A stretch of DNA of 64,000 bases, from the NCBI GenBank assembly GCA_028864975.1, contig JAGWLG010000012.1, positions 5,986 to 69,985 of the forward strand, in the 5' to 3' direction. The position numbers and the translations under genes were made by a program. Of this stretch, positions 59,759-64,000 are shown in pieces (the first letter of the stretch is position 1; each line of letters opens with the position of its first letter). The notes under the pieces are model-generated. The model worked only from the letters and a program-made list of their open reading frames with translations, searched no databases and had not been told where the DNA came from. This DNA is from Thermoplasmata archaeon. GTDB taxonomy: Archaea; Thermoplasmatota; Thermoplasmata; Lutacidiplasmatales; UBA184.

Positions 59759-60829
59759 TCAGGGGCCCCTTTGAAGGACCACCACCCACCGGGTGAGGCT
59801 ACGGTGGACCCGCTCACCGACGAGCAGCTCTTCTCTGCGAAGGGTCGACGGGAGTTCCGGTAGAAGCTCGGGGCCGTGCACCAGGAAGGCCGCACGTCCG
59901 CCCGGAGACAGGAGCTCCGGCAGGCGAGCGAGCGTGTCGCTCAGGACCTTCTCGCTCCCCTCCCCCCCGGTGCCCGAGGCGCGACCGTAGGGAGGGTCGA
60001 AGACCACTCCATCGAACTTCTGGCCCTCGAGAGCTGAGGGCAGGCGCCCGATATCGGACTGCACCATCCGAGCCGGTGCGATCCCCTGCGCGGACAGGTT
60101 CCGAAGGGAGCCGCGGACCATCTCGGCGTCGCGGTCCGCCCCGCTCACGTCGTAGCCGAGGTCGGCGGCCTCGGCAAGGATCGCCCCGGTCCCGCAGAAA
60201 GGGTCGAGGACCGTTCCTCCCAGGGGGACCCTGGCGAGATTGACGAGCGCACGCGCGAGCCGAGGGGGCAAGGTGACGGGCTTTCGGAAAGGACGGTTCT
60301 TCGCGCGGCGGGCTTCCGCCTCACCACGGGGGACCTCCCCGATGACCTCGGCAAGTCCTGCCGGGTTCTCCGCTCGGAGGTCGTCCGAGCCGGTCGGCAG
60401 CAACGCCAGGAAGTCGCGGTCGGGGGACTCCAGGTCGATCCGCCCCCCACCTTGGAGGAACGCATGCCCCAGGACCTGGGGGAGCTTGCGCGAGAGGTTC
60501 GGCGGCCCCCCCGAAGCGACCCGGACCCGGGCCGATGAGCCCCCTCCCCCCTCCAGCACCATCGCGTCGACCAGGGTGTCGAGGTCCCCCTCGGCGACCG
60601 GCCTCAAGACGCGGTGAGCGAAGGCCAGCCGTTGGGCCAGCAGGGCTCCGGGACCCGGCCGCGAGAACCCCACCTCGCAGAACCGCCCGTCGCCCCAGGG
60701 GAGGGCTTGGGGGGGAGGGACCCCGGTCTCCAGGACGGAGGAGCACGCTGAGAGGTCGCGCTCCGCCAGCGGGAGGTTCTCTCCGGAGAGCTCGACCCAC
60801 ACGGCCGTCCCTTGTGGGGAGGGGCTCAT
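59759..60829 (-). CDS. trm11: tRNA (guanine-N2) methyltransferase, THUMP + Trm11/Trm-G10 type
   Basis: This is the 356-aa tail of ORF 59759..60943, from the ATG at 60829. The central block is NRPFRKPVTLPPRLARALVNLARV. Motif I is VLDPFCGTGAILAEAA and motif IV is VVFDPPYG. Confidence 0.8.
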   Translation of the reverse strand: MSPSPQGTAVWVELSGENLPLAERDLSACSSVLETGVPPPQALPWGDGRFCEVGFSRPGPGALLAQRLAFAHRVLRPVAEGDLDTLVDAMVLEGGGGSSARVRVASGGPPNLSRKLPQVLGHAFLQGGGRIDLESPDRDFLALLPTGSDDLRAENPAGLAEVIGEVPRGEAEARRAKNRPFRKPVTLPPRLARALVNLARVPLGGTVLDPFCGTGAILAEAADLGYDVSGADRDAEMVRGSLRNLSAQGIAPARMVQSDIGRLPSALEGQKFDGVVFDPPYGRASGTGGEGSEKVLSDTLARLPELLSPGGRAAFLVHGPELLPELPSTLRREELLVGERVHRSLTRWVVVLQRGP

Positions 60830-61344
60830 CGACGGGGGGCCTCCGAGGATGGGGACCGGTGGGACCGGTCCATGGCGAAGACACGCTCGAGCGTTCGGCG
60901 GATCTCGTCGGTATGGCTCCCTTCCCAGTACGCTTGCCCGCAACGAGGGCAGAGGAAGATGGGGGCGGCCGACATCCAGGGACCCTCCGGGACCCCCTTC
61001 GGCGGTCTGGGCGAGGAGCGGTCCGCCTCCTCAAGCAGAGCGTTGCAGAGCGAGCATCGCAGGAACCGTACCTCCCTACGGAGCGCCGGGAAAGCTTCCC
61101 GCAGCTCGAGGAGCTGGCCTTCGATCTCCAGGGACCTCAGCAGGACGACCCGGGGGGAGCGCTCCGCCATGCCCTGGTCGCGGGTCACCACCCTACGGTC
61201 CTCCTCCTTGGCCTGCTGGAGGATCGAGGAGTCGGTCCGGTTCCGGGCGTACTCCGTGTCGTACCCTAGGAAGCGAAGGTAGCGAGCGAGCCGCCCGAGC
61301 ATCTCGTCGCAGATCCAACGCGGTTCGCCCTCCGCCGGCCGCAC
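60826..61344 (-). CDS. Mut7-C/DUF82 PIN-like RNase-domain protein with a zinc ribbon
   Basis: 172 aa. WICDEMLGRLARYLRFLGYDT is the hallmark DUF82 N terminus. The C-terminal C-x2-C .. C-x2-C reads RCSLCNALL .. LCPRCGQAYWEGSH. Its stop overlaps the trm11 start by 4 nt. Confidence 0.8.
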   Translation of the reverse strand: MRPAEGEPRWICDEMLGRLARYLRFLGYDTEYARNRTDSSILQQAKEEDRRVVTRDQGMAERSPRVVLLRSLEIEGQLLELREAFPALRREVRFLRCSLCNALLEEADRSSPRPPKGVPEGPWMSAAPIFLCPRCGQAYWEGSHTDEIRRTLERVFAMDRSHRSPSSEAPRR

Positions 61345-61388
61345 GGACCCCCGAACCCCGTCCGCTCGTAAGAGCTCGCGCGGCGAAG

Positions 61389-61398
61389 TCTAAATATC
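61389..61398 (+). promoter_or_regulatory. TATA box upstream of the phosphohexomutase gene
   Basis: tctaaatatc is centred about 27 bp upstream of the ATG at 61422, which is leaderless geometry. Confidence 0.5.
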
Positions 61399-61421
61399 GG
61401 CCCAGGGGTCGCCACCGCTCC

Positions 61422-62813
61422 ATGGGCCGATTCTTCGGAACGAACGGGATCCGCGAGGTGGTGGGGGAGAACCTCAACGCCCGTTTCGTAGCCGGCATGG
61501 TCGGCGCGATCGCGGAGGTCGTGGGGGACTCCCGTCCGATGCTCGTCGCATGGGACGGACGGACCTCCTCCCCGGCCTTCGCCCGGATCGCCGCGGGCAC
61601 CCTGTCGGTGGGGGGTCTGGACGTTCTGGAGCTGGCGGCCATGCCCACGCCGTGCGCCCAGTACAGCGTACCGCGCCTGAAGGCCTCCTGCGCGGTGGTC
61701 ATCACCGCGTCGCACAATCCCCCCGAGTTCAACGGCATCAAGGGGATCGCCGACGATGGGCTCGAGTTCACCACCCGGACCGAGGAGGCCGTCGAGAAGG
61801 CCTACCTGGAGGGCCGCTCCCGCACGGTCCGGTTCGACCAGGTGGGATCGATCCGCGCGGAGACCGGGGGCATCGAACGCTACTTGAACGGCATCCGCAG
61901 CCTGGTCGATGTCGAGGCGATCCGCAAGCGGAACCTCCGGGTGGTCGTCGACTGTGGGAACGGGGCGAGTGCGACGACCGCCCCTCTCCAGTTGGGCCAG
62001 ATGGGTCTTCGTTACGTTTCGCTCAACGGGAACCTGGACGGCGTCTTCCCGGGTCGGTCCTCCGAGCCCACCGAGGCGAACCTTCGGGACCTGGTGGCGA
62101 GCGTACCCGCCACGCGAGCGGACCTCGGGGTCGCCCACGACGGCGACGCGGACCGCGCCGTCTTCGTCGACGACCGCGGGCGATTCATCCCCGGGGAACG
62201 CGTGCTGACGCTGCTCGCCCGGGAGGAGGTCCAACATGCCGGTGGGGGCACCATCGTGACCCCCGTGACCTCCTCGCAATCCGTCGAGGATGTGGTCACC
62301 CCGTTCGGGGGGAAGGTCCACTACACGCGGGTCGGCTCCCCCGTGGTCGCCCGGGCCATGGTGGAGACGGGGGCCATCTTCGGCGGGGAGGAGAACGGGG
62401 GCTACCTGTTCCCGAAGCACCAGTGCGCGCGCGACGGGGCGATGACCCTGGCCAAGGTCCTCGAGCTCGTCGCCCGCACGGGGAAGAAGCTCTCGCAGCT
62501 CTTGGACGAGTTGCCGCCGTACTTCCTCGTGAAGAAGAAGGTCGCCTGCCCCATCCCCCTGAGACAGAAGGTCCTCTCCGAAGTGCCCTCGATGCTCGAC
62601 GCGGGGAAGGACGCGGCGACGAGGGTGGTCACCTTGGACGGAGTGAAGGTGATCACGCCCAAGGGGTGGGTCTTGGTCCGCCCCTCCGGCACCGAGCCGA
62701 TCTACCGCGTGTTCGCCGAGGCCCGAGACCCCAAGGCCGCGGAGGAGCTGGCGGCCACCACCCTCTCCAAGGTCGAGGAACTCATCCGTAAGCTCCAGGG
62801 GACCGCCCCCTAG
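61422..62813 (+). CDS. Phosphohexomutase (archaeal phosphoglucosamine/phosphomannomutase type)
   Basis: This is the 463-aa tail of ORF 60849..62813, from the ATG at 61422 (MGRFFGTNGIRE). The active-site Ser loop is ITASHNPPEFNGIK. The metal loop is GVAHDGDADR, the sugar loop is GGEENGG, and the phosphate loop is RPSGTEP. Confidence 0.9.
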   Translation: MGRFFGTNGIREVVGENLNARFVAGMVGAIAEVVGDSRPMLVAWDGRTSSPAFARIAAGTLSVGGLDVLELAAMPTPCAQYSVPRLKASCAVVITASHNPPEFNGIKGIADDGLEFTTRTEEAVEKAYLEGRSRTVRFDQVGSIRAETGGIERYLNGIRSLVDVEAIRKRNLRVVVDCGNGASATTAPLQLGQMGLRYVSLNGNLDGVFPGRSSEPTEANLRDLVASVPATRADLGVAHDGDADRAVFVDDRGRFIPGERVLTLLAREEVQHAGGGTIVTPVTSSQSVEDVVTPFGGKVHYTRVGSPVVARAMVETGAIFGGEENGGYLFPKHQCARDGAMTLAKVLELVARTGKKLSQLLDELPPYFLVKKKVACPIPLRQKVLSEVPSMLDAGKDAATRVVTLDGVKVITPKGWVLVRPSGTEPIYRVFAEARDPKAAEELAATTLSKVEELIRKLQGTAP

Positions 62814-62910
62814 AACGGCCTTTGGAGGGCGGCGCAGGCCTCTCCTAGGCTTCTCGCCGGGAGCGGACAGTTTCAAATCCTGCCTCCCTTGAAGGTGCGA
62901 GACCTCTTCC

Positions 62911-63150
62911 ATGACGCCAAGCTCCAACGAACCCCCTGTGATCGGCGTTTGCGCGGATTGCCACAAGAAGTTCACCGACCGCCTCGAGACCCGCTGGGAC
63001 GTCCACATGCCCGACGGGACCTACATCGTGGTCTGCTCCCCGTGCTTCCAGAAGCGGGACGCCGTTCGGGCACCGTTGGATGACCTTCCCCCTCCGTCCG
63101 GCAAGACCTCGGTCATGAAGACCGAGAAGAAATCCAAGAAGAAGAAGTGA
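62911..63150 (+). CDS. Small zinc-ribbon-like protein with a Lys-rich tail (79 aa)
   Basis: The sequence is MTPSSNEPPVIGVCADCHKKFTD..IVVCSPCFQKRD..KTEKKSKKKK. It has two CxxC pairs, and third codon positions are G/C rich in this frame by eye. Confidence 0.6.
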   Translation: MTPSSNEPPVIGVCADCHKKFTDRLETRWDVHMPDGTYIVVCSPCFQKRDAVRAPLDDLPPPSGKTSVMKTEKKSKKKK

Positions 63151-63173
63151 GGGCGACCTCGCCCCCTCCCCCC

Positions 63174-63962
63174 TCACTGGATAGGGCCGAGGTTCATCGT
63201 CCGGAACCCCCACACCGCAGCCCCGAAGCTTAGGGCCGCGAGGAGCCCCAGGACCCCCAGCCCGAGTGCGACGGTCCCATTGAGGGTGCCCGAGAACGCG
63301 GCCCGGATGGCATCGGCCGCGAAGCTCAAGGGGTTCGCCTGAACGACATCGGCCAGGAGCCACGGGGTCTTCCCCGCCCTCACCGGGTAGTAGACCGTCG
63401 AGAGGAAGATGAGGAAGAGCTGCAAGAAGGACTGGATCGAGAAATAGGCGTTCGCCGACCGCAGTCGCGTGCCCAGGGCGATCAGGAGACCGGCGAAGAA
63501 GATCCCGCCGAGCCCCACGGTGGCCAGAACGGAAGCCAGAGCGAGCGGGGAGAGCGCGGGAAGGCCGATCAGCGGAACCGCGACCAGGATCATCAGCCCC
63601 ACCCCTAGCATGGAGAAGAGCAGCGTCGTCAGGACGAGCCCTGCCAGGTACTCGGAGCGAAGGAAGGGACCGGAGAATATCTGCTCCACCATCGCCCAGC
63701 GACGGTCCAGCCAGAACAGGTTCCCCGAGACCACCCCTCCCGAGACCATCTGGAAAGCGATCATCCCCGGGACGAGGAAGGCGGTGTACGAGCTGGTCCC
63801 GGTCACCTGCCCCGAGATGTAGGCGCTGAACATGGTGCCCAGGACCACGATCGTGACCGCGGGCTGACCGAACCGTACCGCCACGCTGATCGCATCGAAG
63901 TTCGACGCGAAGTTCCGGACGACCAGCCGCAGAACGGGTGGGAGCGTCACTTTCTCCCCCAC
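63174..63962 (-). CDS. ABC-2 type transporter permease
   Basis: 262 aa with a GTG start and six predicted TM helices. The layout is typical of the ABC-2 family (..YTAFLVPGMIAFQM.., ..ANPLSFAADAIRAAF..). The partner ATPase presumably lies upstream, beyond the window end. Confidence 0.7.
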   Translation of the reverse strand: MGEKVTLPPVLRLVVRNFASNFDAISVAVRFGQPAVTIVVLGTMFSAYISGQVTGTSSYTAFLVPGMIAFQMVSGGVVSGNLFWLDRRWAMVEQIFSGPFLRSEYLAGLVLTTLLFSMLGVGLMILVAVPLIGLPALSPLALASVLATVGLGGIFFAGLLIALGTRLRSANAYFSIQSFLQLFLIFLSTVYYPVRAGKTPWLLADVVQANPLSFAADAIRAAFSGTLNGTVALGLGVLGLLAALSFGAAVWGFRTMNLGPIQ

Positions 63963-64000
63963 CCGAAGCCGCCAGGCCGGGCCGAGGGGGGCGCCGCGGA

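Noticed and set aside
62862-62890. A tRNA T-loop-like string, gtttcaaatcctgcc.
   Set aside because: The flanking bases do not form a 5-bp T stem (gacag and ctgcc are not complementary). No acceptor, D or anticodon arms can be drawn. It more likely serves as the A/T-rich promoter element of the 62911 gene.
1-64000. A search of the whole window for rRNA, tRNA, CRISPR arrays, integrases/transposases, inverted terminal repeats or compositional islands.
   Set aside because: None were seen. Every intergenic gap over 100 bp was read on both strands, and no cloverleaf, repeat-spacer array or mobile-element gene could be supported. G+C looks uniformly high apart from short promoter-like A/T boxes.

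Overview
This is a very GC-rich, densely coding archaeal chromosome segment. G+C looks like roughly two-thirds by eye, and hand-counted genes have about 85-90% G/C at third codon positions. I call about 45 protein genes and found no rRNA, tRNA, CRISPR array or transposase.

The archaeal assignment rests on several markers:
- sn-glycerol-1-phosphate dehydrogenase (1-910, not in the ORF track)
- archaeal-type LeuRS
- a THUMP-Trm11 tRNA methyltransferase
- DUF2116 and DUF835 proteins
- an smc-scpA-scpB operon
- A/T-rich TATA-like boxes about 25-35 bp upstream of many start codons, which suggests leaderless or short-leader mRNAs

Housekeeping blocks:
- queE and leuS
- an HDAC-dcd-P-loop NTPase operon
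- HIT and MEMO genes
- smc-scpA-scpB
- a 2-oxoacid dehydrogenase operon (E1a-E1b-E2-extra E1a-E3-lipB)
- a PPAT-NTPase fusion
- a galU-uxs-ugd nucleotide-sugar operon
- a phosphohexomutase
- a site-2 protease
- a cation/proton antiporter

The accessory content is a set of large, membrane-anchored, sequon-rich surface proteins:
- a phosphoesterase-Big2-PKD protein
- a BNR propeller
- an S53 sedolisin
- an InlB-B-repeat-like protein
- a 12.5-kb gene (19779-32267) encoding a 4162-aa mosaic protein with 10 Kelch blades, about 34 Ig-like domains and an internal YVTN propeller

Several of these share a C-terminal module of TM helix plus Pro-rich tail, and two end in a nearly identical zinc ribbon.

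I found no recognisable defence, toxin or mobile system. The most unusual items are the giant repeat protein and its repeat grammar, the shared tail module, the second E1-alpha plus lipB in the dehydrogenase operon, the PPAT-DUF84 fusion, a Pro-rich out-of-frame tail at 9759-10136, and two roughly 0.5-kb gaps containing weakly supported small ORFs.

All family assignments come from motif recognition by eye. No database searches were run.
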